Positions 38,401-51,329 of a stretch of 64,000 nucleotides of DNA are shown here, one piece after another; the stretch's first letter is position 1; the number at the start of each line of letters is the position of its first letter. The position numbers were made by a program, and so were the translations under genes. The notes under the pieces were generated by a model that worked only from the letters and a program-made list of their open reading frames with translations, did not search any database and was not told where the DNA came from. The stretch comes from Macrostomum lignano (Eukaryota), in NCBI GenBank assembly GCA_002269645.1, contig NIVC01001224.1, forward strand, positions 1-64,000, in the 5' to 3' direction.

Positions 38401-41400
38401 ATAGTTAACAGAAAAGGCTTGGCTTTTTCCTAGAAATTGTTAACAGAAGAGGCTTGGCTGGTTCCTAGAAATGGTTATTGGAAGAGGCTTGGCTGTTTCC
38501 TAGAAATGGTTAACAGAAGAGGCTTGGCTGTTTCCTAGAAATTGTTAACAGAAGAGGCTTGGCTGTTTCCTAGAAATTGTTAACAGAAGAGGCTTGGCTG
38601 TTTCCTAGAAATGGTTAATTGAAAAGGCTTGATTGTTTTCTAGAAAACGATTGATTGAAAACGCTTTGTTTTTCCTAGAAATCAGTTGATTGACAATGCT
38701 TAGTTGTTTCCTAGAAAATGGTTCATCGACAATGCTTAGTTGTTTCCTAGAAAACTGCTGATTTCCCAGACAAGATCACAGATAGTTCACTCTTGTTTAG
38801 ATTTTTGCAACTACTCTTTGCTTAGTAGCGTGAACGAACATGGATGCATCAAACAGCAGTGCCTTGCGTCAAAATTAATTTTTGGAGCAACTAGCAATTT
38901 TTCTTGCCATGCGCACGCTGACGCTCACCCAAAGAGTAGACACTTTTTTAAGCCATAGACTATAACACAAAAATTGCTTAACTCAATGCATAGTGAAATA
39001 TCTAGTGTTTTATTATCTGTGGACAAGATTTAGTTGCTTCCTAGAAAAATATTCTTTTTCTTTGGTTTCTTTAATAAGTTTTTTTAACCTAGTTTTTTTT
39101 TTGTTAAGGCATGCTTTTTTCTATACAATCAGAGTCAAAGCATATTACTCTTCTATATATGAAGTTCTCATGTACACAATTAACCCGCAAAGCTATATAG
39201 CAGATATATAATCTGTTTGAGAATTTTAGCTGGAAGTCCAGGAAAAAGAAAGGGTCTTTCGCTGCTACGTAGTCTTAAAGTCACTAACAAATAGGTCATT
39301 TTCATATCAGAAATCGATGTATTTTTCTTTTACTAAGTTGGGTTCCTTAGTAAGGAACGAATATGGGTTAGGATTTTCTTAGAACTACATGTAGATACAG
39401 ATTTCCTAGAAATAGACTCGAACTTCCTCACTCCGCAGTTGTTCGCAGTCGATCGGTCGTATTCAGCGACGGCATCCGTCCTGGCGGCGATCTTCTCGAA
39501 GATAACGCGGGTGACGCCGACGATTTTCAAGTCAACGACAGCACAGTCGGAGGAGTCGCCGCCGCCGCCGCGGTCTCGTCTTTTCCTGCCGAGTCGTCTT
39601 CGTCGTCATCCTCGCTTGAGCCGAGCCTGCTACCGGCCGACTGGGAGAGATACCCGCCGCACGAGCCTCTGCCAACCGACGATAGCAACTCCGGCGCCGT
39701 CGCTCTGTCGCCTGAAGCTGCTCTGCGGAACGGTGGATCGGTCAGTGTGTTCGTTTTTAGTGGAGGGGATCTAGAAGGGATATCACAATCCCCCTGCGGG
39801 ACTGTGATCCCTTCTAGATCCCCATGTGGGACTGTGATCCCTTCTAGATCCCCTGTGGGCCCCCTGTGCGACTGTGATCCCTTCTAGATCCCCCTGTGGG
39901 CCCCCTGTGCGACTGTGATCCCTTCCAGATTCTGTAGTACGACTGGGTAGTGGTTAGGACGATGTGGCCTGTCAGCTGGGTGTCGCCGACGGCGCGACGG
40001 ACCAGGCCGGCGCAGCGATATAGCGCCGTGTTTAGACACTGGACCTCGTTGTCGATCTTGAAAGCGGCGCGCAGCCTTCGACACCCTATATCAGTGTCTA
40101 ACACTTCTGTGTTGCTGTTTGAGTACTAGTGATCCAACTATTGCCATAGTAGTCTATCCCACCATCAACAGGTAACCTACCAGGTGACGATGAACATCTC
40201 TGCTCAATGCCGCTTAGTCAGTCTGCCCTGCTGCGGCCATCCGTCAGCCTGGCTGCTGGTCACCCGCGGCCTGGACTCGGTTGGTCAAACCGATTTGCTG
40301 CTGCTGCTCAGCCGCCGGCCCCCGGCCATTGACGGCACCGACGAATCCATTCTGCCACCGTTGCACCTGTTGCACCTGGTCTACGCCGTGTACGAACGCG
40401 CCTACGCCGGCTCCTGGGCTCGGCACCTGTCATTTGTTGGCTGGCACGCCGGCCGGCCGTTGCTAGGCGACCGTAGCAACGCCGGCTGGTTATTCTTCCG
40501 GCCAAGCCGGCTGCACTGCCTCCAGAATTTGGGCATGGAGGCTGACTTGGTCTGTCGGCAGCTTCTCTGCGGATTGCTAGTGCTCAGGTATGCGGCTGTT
40601 ATTGTGGGCCACTTGCCACACTGGCAAGTCCATACAGATCCCCATGTTAGACTGTGATCCCATCCAGATCCCCACGTTAGTCTTTGACCCCATCCAGATC
40701 CCCACGTTAGTCTTTGACCTCATCCAGATCCCCACGTTAGTCTTTGACGCCATCCAGATCCCCACGTTAGTCTTTGACCCCATCCAGATCCCCATGTTAG
40801 ACATTGATTCCACCCAGATCCCCATGTTAAACTGTGATCCCATTCAGATCCCCATGTTAGACTGTGATCCCATCCAGATTCCCATGTTAGACTGTCATCC
40901 CATCCAGATTTCCATGTTAGACTGTCATCCCATCCAGATTCCCATGTTAGACTTTTATCTCATCCAGATCCCCTTGTTAGACTGTGATCCATCCCATCCC
41001 AATGTTAATCGATTAGGTCTATCTACGAGTAGATCCTCAATTTCCATTCGATTTCCATCTCAATTCAACAACAAATCGCAGATGGGAAGCGCCCTGGGCC
41101 GAGCTGTTCCCCGAGCGCCTGTTGCTGCGCCTTGGCTCCGAGAGCCGCCTCTACCCATCGCCGCTGGTCTCCGTGCGCGACCGGGCGCCTGTGTTTGGCG
41201 AACTCGGCCGCTCTCTGATTGGCCTGCTGGCCGATTTCCGCAACTTCACTTACACCCTGCCTGCCCCGCCCGGCCTGCGCGTCCATCTGCGCGCCGGCTG
41301 CACCTCGGTGCTGTGCCCGACCGCCTCCTACGCCGCCGTGCAGAAGGCGCTGGCCCAGTGCCAGCCGGACGCCAAGGTGCTGGCATTCGGCGCCGAGTTC

Positions 41401-42865
41401 AGTCCCTCTGCCGACGCCCATCTGGTGTGCCATCAGAATATGGAAACTGGTGCGGGTGCCGCGGTTTTGTGAACTTTACTTTGGGTATTAGGGTATTCTT
41501 GGGAATTTACATTGCGAATCTCATCTATTTATGGAATGTCTCATGTAGATTTAAAGATCCAAGACATATTTAGATATTATAGATCCCAAGTAGATCATTG
41601 AGATCCCATGTAGATCATAGAGATCCCGTGTAGATCATAGAGATCCCGTGTAGATTATTGAGATCCCGTGTAGATTATTGAGATCCCGTGTATATCATTG
41701 AGATACCATATAGATCATTGAGATCCCACGTAGATCATTGACATCTCGTTTAGATCATTGAGATACCATATAGATCATTGAGATCTTGTGTGGATCATTG
41801 AGATCCCATGTAGATCATTGAGATCCCATGTAGATCATTGAGATACCATATAGATCATTGAGATTCTGTGTGGATCATTGAGATCCCATGTAGATCATTG
41901 AGATCCCATGTAGATCATTGAGATACCATATATATCATTGAGATTCTGTGTGGATCATTGAGATCCCGTGTCGATCATTGAGATCCCGTGTCGATCATTG
42001 AGATCCCATGTATATCATCTACAGATATCGGCTATCCTGTTTATTTACCCGTAGATGTTCAGAATCCGTAGTATGCCCCACACGCCCGTCCCGAATCCCA
42101 GGCGACTACTCAACCGAGGCTGTCAGCGCGGAGAGCCGCCAGCTGGCCACCACGGCCGGCCTGTTTGTTGTGTTCAACGCTGGTGGCTTCGCAGCCAGCA
42201 GGGCCAGCATTGTCGAAGACGGCGTCATGGTGCAGCTGACGGACGCCCAGCTGACCCAGCTGATGGACTCGCTGAAGGCCATGCGCAACTGGTCGGCCGT
42301 CTGCCAGCAGCCGCAGGCGCAGGCCTCGCTCGGATTCTCGGCTGTACCCGACGGCAGCGAATTGATCGAATTCCGCTGGCTAGACGACGACGAGACGGAC
42401 TTCGACGGCGATGACGCCGATGTCAGTCCGATTGATGGCGCCCCGCTGACTGGCGCCGGGCGCCAGGCGATGCCCATAGCGGCCGGCCAGCAGCAGCGGC
42501 AGCGGCAGTCCTGCAGGCGGATCCGGTGGACCCTGGCCAGCCTGCTGCGCGACGCCGACCAGACCGATGGCACCCCGGCCGACAGTCTGCGCATTGCGGG
42601 ACACCTGGCCGGTGCCGTCTGTCAAGCTCTAGATGGGTGCGCCCCGGAGCTCCTGGCCTACGGTCAGCGGATTCTGGCCGTCCGAGCTCGCCTTGGCCCG
42701 GACAGCCTGCACTACGAGGCGGCAGCCAGCGGCGGTGCCACCCTGCTGGCCGAAGGAGCCGCCGAACGGCTCGACCAGGCGCTTGTGCCGGCGCTCAGCG
42801 AGCTGGGCCGCGGCCTGCGATCCGAGCTGGCGCTGGAGCTGCGCTTTGTCTGCCTGTACGCGTGA
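35453..42865 (+). CDS. SARA: SARA/endofin (ZFYVE9/ZFYVE16 orthologue); exons 35453-35699, 35847-38087, 39439-39740, 40172-40587, 41082-41449, 42102-42865
   Basis: N-terminal DLDAALDQLE, FYVE domain (WIPD..RRHHCRACGRVFC..RVC) and VVFSDGI. The C-terminal domain has GLDSVGQ, WEAPWA..RLLLRLG, LLADFRNFTYTLP, SIVEDGVMVQ, SPIDG and ALVP. All phases match. The exon-4 acceptor could be 40172 or 40184. Confidence 0.9.
35947..37020 (+). repeat. In-frame coding minisatellite (27/33-nt units: DSAPVSEPV, SAPAYSAPV)
   Basis: The frame is open across 35847-38087 and all unit lengths are multiples of 3. Confidence 0.85.
38195..38760. repeat. About 35-bp minisatellite in SARA intron 2
   Basis: GGCTTGGCTGTTTCCTAGAAATGGTTAACAGAAGA at 38521 and 38556. 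Confidence 0.9.
39768..39928. repeat. Short array of ACTGTGATCCCTTCTAGATCCC units in SARA intron 3
   Basis: 4 imperfect copies. Confidence 0.85.
40636..40990. repeat. 30-bp minisatellite in SARA intron 4 (CAGATCCCCATGTTAGACTGTGATCCCATC)
   Basis: Period 30; about 12 copies. Confidence 0.92.
41565..42010. repeat. 20-bp minisatellite in SARA intron 5 (AGATCCCATGTAGATCATTG)
   Basis: Period 20. Confidence 0.92.
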
Positions 42866-43019
42866 TGGACTATCGTTGGATGTCTTTGTTAATGGCTGCT
42901 AGCCATCTCGAACCCGAAATTTCTTATCCCAGATTGTCATTCTGATCCTTGCTATCAACCTGATCATAGATTGTAATTATCATCTCATATTCCTACCCAG
43001 TCCTTCAGATTCTGACTTA

Positions 43020-43845
43020 GATCCCAGATGCCGATCCAGATCCCAGATTCTGACCCAGATCCCAGATTCTGAATTTCTGGCCCAGATCCCAGATTCTGAC
43101 CCAGATCCCAGATGCTGATCCAGATCCCAGATTCTGACCCAGATCCCAGATGCTGATCCAGATCCCAGATTCTGACCCAGATCCCAGATTCTGAATTTCT
43201 GACCCAGATCCCAGATTCTGACCCAGATCCCAGATGCCGATCCAGATCCCAGATTCTGACCCAGATCCCAGATTCTGACCCAGATCCCAGATTCTGACCC
43301 AGATCCCAGATTCTGACCCAGATCCCAGATTCTGAATTTCTGGCCCAGATCCCAGATTCTGACCCAGATCCCAGATGCTGATCCAGATCCCAGATTCTGA
43401 TCCAGATCCCAGATTCTGACCCAGATCCCAGATTCTGACCCAAATCCCAGATTCTGAATTTCTGACCCAGATCCCAGATTCTGACCCAGATCCCAGATTC
43501 TGAATTTCTGACCCAGATCCCAGATTCTGACCCAGATCCCAGATGCTGATCCAGATCCCAGAATATGATCCAGATCCCAGATTATGATCCAGATCCCAGA
43601 TTCTGATCCAGATCCCAGATTCTGATCCAGATCCCAGATTCTGACCCAGATCCCAGATTCTGACCCAGATCCCAGATTATGATTCAGATCCCAGATTCTG
43701 TTCCAGATCCCAAATTCTGACCCAGATCCCAGATTATGATTCAGATCCCAGATTGTGATCCAGATCCCAAATTCTGACCGAGATCTCAGATTCTGACCCA
43801 GATTCAAAATTCTGACCCAGATTACAGATTCTGACCCAGTTCTCA
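43020..43845. repeat. 19-bp minisatellite 3' of SARA (CCAGATCCCAGATTCTGAC)
   Basis: Period 19. Confidence 0.92.
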
Positions 43846-45066
43846 GATTCGAGAGATTTATCCTATGTCAAGTAACACTGACCTCGAAACTTAAAAGAGA
43901 TTTTTTTCGTTTTTCTTTTGTTTCTTTCACTTTTCCTTTGCTATTGCCTGTTGATTTTGATGTCTTTTTAAAACCATAAAAATTATCATAAATCAGTTAT
44001 ATTTACCCTGTGTCTTGCAAAATTAGGATCACATGTACAAGATCATTGGTCTCACTGTATTCTAGCATTGACTAGATGAATGACCTAATTAACTCATTCA
44101 AATTAATTAACCATCGCATCCTTCCACTTTTTAGGTATACGCGTCATTTTTGTTTTATTTATTTATACGGGCTGGATAATTTATTTTTATAACGGTGACA
44201 ATGGTTATAACGATGCTAAGATAACAATTTTGAAGTACAAGTACACTGCGTCATTCTATTCCGACACTGAAATAGATAATAGGTTGACTTGACACATCTC
44301 TAATGACAAAATATTTGATTTAGGGAATCATTGATTTATTTCCATGCTTTGTTTTAATTGCCAGCCAACCTTCTTCGACATCATGTACATGCACATGCGC
44401 AGTATGATCGGGAGTTTACACTTGCTCAATTCTGTTGGGTCTAGATATTGTCTTATTCATTTACTATCTATGTCTTGTGTTGTCCTTTACAGTGTAGAAC
44501 TGATTATTTTGGTCGCGGTATTACATGTATGTAGACTTTGTCGATCCGTGGGTTTGTAAATTTTTGTAAATTTAATTCGGTTATCATTACGTACATTTAA
44601 TAATCAAGCGTTTTGAAATATTTTTCCAAATACATATGATTGCCACACTTTAGCTAACAGATTATTAAAGCGGAAATTTCTTAACTGCGCGTCACTTGCG
44701 TTTATTTTTACTACACTGGATCGATCTTTAGCATCCAACTAAAGTGGGTCGTTTTTGTTTAATTAATTTGACGTCATGGTTCTTATTTTTTCGCTCTAGG
44801 AAAGTGTGATTCATAATCTTATTAAATCCATCAAATCGATCCGACCCCTCACCCCTGGTTACAACTAGTTTATTTATGTTTATCAGGATACTTTCAAATG
44901 ATTAATTTATTAATGTTGACAGACATGAGTCATTAAGTTATTTTCGAATCTTGATTTATTGACAATCGAGTGCACACTGACATTAATTAATGTTGGTGCC
45001 TTGCATTATAACTTGAATCTGTGACCCAGAAGTCGCAGATTTATTTTTAATGAGTATCAAATAAAA

Positions 45067-45128
45067 TCCAAATATACTAAATATCTAAGGTTTGTACAAA
45101 GTATGTTTGAATGTCCATAACGCTCTAG
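45067..45128 (+). mobile_element. 62-bp Helitron-like mini element, copy 1
   Basis: A|TC...CTAG|T junctions with no TSD; homologous to 50151-50213. Confidence 0.6.
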
Positions 45129-45181
45129 TCAAACATTCTAAATGCAAATTTTAGTAACGGATATAAGAAGCGAATTATACG

Positions 45182-45869
45182 CAAGGACGACTTAAGTAGA
45201 AGGACGGGAAATCTCGCTTCTTAGAAAAGTTTTGAAGGCACTTTTTTCCCGAAAAATACACTACGGAGATAGTTTTCATTTTTTCAGCACAAAAATTGTT
45301 ATTGCGTTTGATAGGAGGCAGATCCTGTGTTAATCTTTTGATATGTTGTGCCTTTTTATTGCTCTATCGATATTTATAAAGCTTTTCGTTCAGAAAATTA
45401 GGATTCTATGTTAATTTTTTATTCTAAGTATATTTCCTGTATCTACAAAATCACAAAAATGCATGACACAGCTCCAATATTTGGTTTTATGAACCTATTT
45501 TATCATCTCTGTTACAAATATTTGCTACACAGTCGGGTAAGAATGATAAAATAGACTCATGAAACCAAAGAGCCGAGCCGTGGCATTCTAATGTATTTCA
45601 AGCACAAGACACGCGAAAATATACGGAAAATAAAAAATTAACATAGAATCCTAATTTTCTGAACGAAAAGCTTTATAAATATCGATAGAGCAATAAAAAA
45701 GGCACAACATATCAAAAGATGAACACTCCTGTCTCCTATCAAACGCAATAACAATTTTTGTGCTGAAAAAATGAAAACTTCCTATCTCCGTAGTGTATTT
45801 TTTTCGGGAAAAGTGCCTTCAAAACTTTTCTAAGAAACGAGGTTTCCCGTCCTACTTAAGTCGTCCTTG
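45182..45869. mobile_element. Foldback P-family MITE (688 bp, about 250-bp TIRs, 8-bp TSD ATTATACG)
   Basis: Termini CAAGGACGACTTAAGTAG...CTACTTAAGTCGTCCTTG; ATTATACG at 45174-45181 and 45870-45877. Confidence 0.9.
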
Positions 45870-46201
45870 ATTATACGATGCAAGATATTTAGATCGTGTA
45901 AGCCTTTAATAAATGCGATTCTACTAATTATGAATGTGTTTAAAATTGGCATTTTTATTGTAAAATTACACTAAAGCAGTAATATTACATTAACTGCTTA
46001 AGTAAATGCTATTTAGTTCAAACTATTGTTTTATTTTATTTTCCACGACTTTTGACGAGTATGAACTTCCTATCATTTCTTGGAAAAATCAAAAGATCGA
46101 CCGACCACCAAAGAGGATCAACTTGTAGTTGATACTTGGTCACAGCACTTGAGCCTACTCATTTTTTATAATTAATTATTATTTATATTGTCATTCAGAG
46201 A

Positions 46202-49200
46202 ATGGAAGCCCTTTTTAGTTTGCCTTTCCAAGTTTTCATATGCCCAAATCTAAAATTACGCAAGCCATCATGGCTTAAAACGCCATCTCCAATGTTTGTC
46301 TTCGCGCTTATCTTGGTGTCATACTTTCTTGTAACTGGAGGTAAGTTTGTAACTTTAAGTGCATATTTAATTGCTGAAACAATGGCATAAAGGGTTTTAA
46401 GATGTTTCAGTGCTCGATTTTTTTGTTGTGCGCGTTTTCATTCGTTTTGTATTATTAATTTATTAAATTTAGTTCTAGCCTAGGAAATGATTAAGGCAAT
46501 GTCAGAATGCTAGCTAGTCCCATGCCGAAAAGCTTTGAAACGGAAACCATATAATTCTCATTTAATATCTTAGCAGTCAACCTAAAGGTAGATCTAAACT
46601 CATTGAATACCTAAATTGGCTAAAATAGATAATATCTTATAATTATAGGATGTAGACTGGCGAAATTCAAAAATTGGGGGCAAGTTTTTAGAAAATTATT
46701 TTTTCCTGCATATATGCCACAATGATACATATTTTTAAAGTATAATTTCATTGTTCTTTGTTGCTTAATAAGCATATAGTAAATATCTAATTTGGAAGCC
46801 AGGTAACACATTGGAACCATAAGGATCAGAAAATTGTGTTTTACTTAGCTTCTACTAAAGCAATTTGGAAAATTCTTTTTTTTCCTGTATATGCGCCGCA
46901 ATGATATATATTTAAGTGTATTTTCATTGTTTCAGTGTAATTGCCACATAAGCCTACAGAAAGGATTTGATTTGGATGCCAGGTTCATATTTTGTGGTAC
47001 CATTTTTAACCAAAAATTTTAAGTCTAAATATAGGCATATTTCATACACTAATACCATACAAGTTGATATTTAAATGAAAGAAAACAACTTAAAGATTAT
47101 TTTGCAACAAGGAAGTAGTGGTATATTTACTTTTAGAAAAAGATGTTTGCTGGCAAACTTTGCACTTTAAATTAGTATGAATTTTTGAAACTTTATATGG
47201 TTTTAGAAAAAATTAAAATCATTAGAAATCCTTAATCTTTTTGAATAAAATAAAAAGTAAAACACCAAATACTTTCTGTTTTGTTGTGGTTTCTTGATGT
47301 TTTTTTCTCATGTATTCAGTAATGTAAAGCAGGAAAACAATAGTTTTTATCTAGAACTATTTTTCAAAGTCTAATCTATCTTTCAAAAAGCTTTTTTTAG
47401 ATACATTACCTTCCATCAAATGTCCACAGATTTGTTTTACCATTTTATCCCATGTTTTTGGATTTCTCCAGACTGTATAATTATTTTTTGTAAAAATATA
47501 AAATGAAATTTAAATAAATTTTAATTTAAATAGACTATAGAATGAAATCATTATGCACTAAGAAGAAACTGGATAATATATAGCTTTTTTGTTATTAGGT
47601 AATGCAAGCTTTTATGGGCTAAAAGTAAAATAAATGATGTCAGTATTAATATTTTTATATAGTTCAAGCTTTGCCTTAGGTTAAATTGTACAAAACAATT
47701 ATTTTTTAGAAGACCCTAAAGACTGTTTAAAATTTATTTTTAGCAATTATTATTATTCAATAATAGAAGTTTAAATCTTTTTCAAGTTTAAAGTTCTTTT
47801 TTAAGAATTTAAAGAATTTGAACCATTTTTTACTTTGAATTAACAATAAATAAATAATAGTGCAATAGGGGCCTATGCATAAAACTTAGTATTTTATAAA
47901 CAAAAAGCATATTAAAAATAATTTTAGCTGACAAAGGTGTTCCTTATATATTAAAATTATAAGCATTTTCTACATCTAAACATTGGAATTTTTCTAGATT
48001 TTATACAAAGCAGTTTTGTAATTATTTATTAATTACAAATGTATATACAGTGCCATAAACAGAAAAATTACCTTTTTCATAGAAAAATTATAGTGCAAAA
48101 AGGTGTTGCACATATATTTTGCTAGTATATTTTTGCATATTAGCATGTAGGCTAAGTTTGGAACACTATATATATCTTAGAAAAAAAAGAGGAACTACAT
48201 TTTTTATATATGCCAATATAGTACCTTATGCAAAGCTGTAAATTTGTCAGTCTTGAAATGTTTATATTAGACTAGTGATTTTTATATTAAATTTCAATTA
48301 GACAAAGTCTATATACTAAAAATTGGTTTGTCAATATCTAGGTAGGTAAAGGTATATGATTGATTTCAGAAAGAAACTGCTCAACCAATTTTCTTTGAAC
48401 CTTAGAAACTAAAATAGTAGTTATATTTATATAATGCTTCATGTATAATGTATATAAAGAACAAAATCAAAATTTATATTTTCGTTAGAAATTCATACCT
48501 TTATCTTGTAAAAAAACAGAAATTAGTTTTGCATTAATTAGTTATCAAAATTTATGATTATAAATGCATAGACAACTGTTGTGACAATTATTGATAATGT
48601 AATTGGCCAATAACTAGCCAATATAATTGGCCAATGTGTATACCAAATACTTAAATATACCCTAGAAGTTTTTAGCATATATGCCTTTTTCTTGACAAGG
48701 AAAAAAATTAACACAGTATGGAACAAGACAAAAAATCAGTGCAATTTGGTATAGGATAAGATATTTTAGTTTGACAATATTTTTGCTAATAGAAAATATA
48801 TTGACTGCTTTTTTAATTAAAATATATCAGTATTATAGTTTCTATAAAACATATTTAAAAAACATAGGAAAATGTACATAGGAAATGAACAGAAAAATAT
48901 ATCCACAATTGTTTTTTGTTTTTTAAATAGAAATTATATTAAAATATGTTTGCTAAGATTTGCAAAAACTTGTAGTACCTCCTTTGCAATAGCTTTGGCA
49001 CCTGTGAAAATGCACTATAGTATATCATTCCTTGATAGCATTCTTTGGAAAAGAAAAAAACTAGTCCAAAAATGTACCCTTGCTATGGTGCTATTTAGAT
49101 AACATTGAAGTCCCTTTAAATGATAGTCCCTTTAAAAGTCCCTTTATATTCTTATTGTTTTATTGATAGATTTTAATCTAATTTACAAGCATAATGTTAC

Positions 49201-50740
49201 CAATGTTTATTGTTTGAGAACTGAATATTTCTTAGTCGAAAAAAAACTTGATGCTTAGTAAATAGTAATGCTTATTATTGAACTAATACTTATTAACAGA
49301 CTATTTTTATGGCTAATTATTTTATTAGTTTTGTTAGTTAAACCTTAGATAACAAATTTGCTTAATTGCAAGTCTATAAAAACTAAATCATAATAAATCA
49401 ACTACAATTATGTGAAAATATAATCACTATTTGCTACCAAATCTATACCTTAGAAGGTTTTAGTATGGGCTTAAATATGGGCTATATTACAGTAATCTAA
49501 TCTATGTCACTATTTGTACTATCTGTAGGTGTCATCTATGATGTAATTGTTGAGCCACCATCAATTGGATCAACTACAGATGCCAATGGCAAGAGCAAGC
49601 CTGTAAGTTAAAATCTAATGCATAAGTTATCTGCTTAAAGGTTAATATTTTTTACTCTTAAATTACTTCTTATTATTATTTATCCAGGTTGCCTTCATGG
49701 CTTACCGTATCAATGGCCAATACATCATGGAGGGTCTGGCCTCCAGCTTCATGTTTCTGCTTGGCGGCTGCGGCTTCATCATTCTGGATCAGACTAACAA
49801 GCCTAGCCTGCCTAAGCTGAACCGGATTATCCTATTGGCTATTGGCCTATTGGCCATCCTAGTTGGATTCTTTGTTAGCCGGGTGTTTATCAAGTTCAAG
49901 CTGCCGTAAGTTTATTGAGGCTTGTTGAGCTTGGCATTGGTAGGATTAAGGATAGGATTATGACAATAAACTGAAAGAAGCATTTACTGGCAAAGGCCCA
50001 TAAAGATCCCGGTTATCCTAATATGGAATCAAAATATCCTATTCGTAATCTAGCATCCCATTCTAATCTAGAATCCCACTATCCTAAACTAGAATACCAA
50101 TATCCTAATCTAGAATACTAATATCCTAATCTAGAATACTAATATCCTAATCTAAATATACTAAATCTCTAAGGTTTGTTTGTATGCTTGAATGAATGTC
50201 CATAACGCTCTAGTCTAGAATACTAATATCCTAATCTAGAATACTAATACCCTAATCTAAAATCCCAATATCCTAATCTAAAATACTAATATCCCAATCT
50301 AGAATCCCAATATCCTTGTCTAGAATTCCAATCCTTATCTAGAATACTAATATCCTAATCTAGAATCCCAATATCGTAATCTAGAATCCACCATCCTAAT
50401 CTAGAATCCTAATACCCTAATCTGGTCTAATATCCTAATCTGGAAGTTCAATATCCTACTCTAGAATCCTAATATCCTAATTTGGAATCATAATATCCTA
50501 ATCTGTTGTTCTAATATCCTAATCTGGAAATTTAATGTCCTAATCTAGAATCCCATCATCCTAATCTAGAATCCTAATGTCCTAATCTAGAATCTCAATA
50601 TCCTAATCTGTTATTCTAATAAACTAATCTGGGATCTTTAATGTCCTTATCTGGAATCTCAATATATCCTAATATAAAAAAGAAAACCATTTTTACAATA
50701 TTTACCTCATCAAATTTCCAGATCGTACCTGGGCAACTGA
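46202..50740 (+). CDS. OSTC: Oligosaccharyltransferase complex subunit OSTC/DC2 (149 aa); exons 46202-46340, 49529-49602, 49688-49905, 50722-50740
   Basis: [51 protein letters not shown] and KLPSYLGN*. The exons sum to 450 nt and the phases match. Confidence 0.95.
50030..50665. repeat. About 21-bp degenerate minisatellite in OSTC intron 3 (AATATCCTAATCTAGAATACT)
   Basis: Visible periodicity, interrupted at 50151-50213. Confidence 0.9.
50151..50213 (+). mobile_element. 63-bp Helitron-like mini element, copy 2
   Basis: Removing it restores the array unit TATCCTAA|TCTAGAATACT exactly; its ends are TC..CTAG. Confidence 0.68.
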
Positions 50741-51329
50741 TTCATGCTTGGCTGCACCAGCATCATTATTTGCATCCTATGGATCAAAATTTCCGACAAT
50801 TGCTCTGCTTTAAGACTTCAAACTAACTAGTTGGTTATCTTTATATTTAACTTCAATAGTTTCCATTGCTATTGCAGATTTGCAAGCTTTAATTTAATCT
50901 GCATATTACTTGTCAGTGGCGGACTAGCAGCGGTTTCGGGTCATTGTTATCACAAAAGTAGCAGATCACACAGCAGTCACAATAGAGTTTTTCTTCTGTT
51001 TGTTGAGTTTTTTTTAATCATTTTGCAATTCGGTGTATTTCCTGTGTCAACATTTTCCTCTCTCCTGCTCTGAATGATTCTACTATTCTCAAGCCCTTTT
51101 TGATTTATTATTCGCGTTATCAGTTAAAAATGCTATTTGGGTATTTGTATTTCTCTAGCCTTTTTGTCAAATTAGACCATTAGTTTTGCGTACATAGAAT
51201 TGTTGCTGTGTCTCAGACGTTAAAAATAACAATAAATGAAGCTACGATTTTGTGTGTCCTTGGACTGCCACTACTCACAGTCTGGGCATGAAGTAATTTA
51301 AATAATTTCAATGCTTCTCAAGTTACTTA

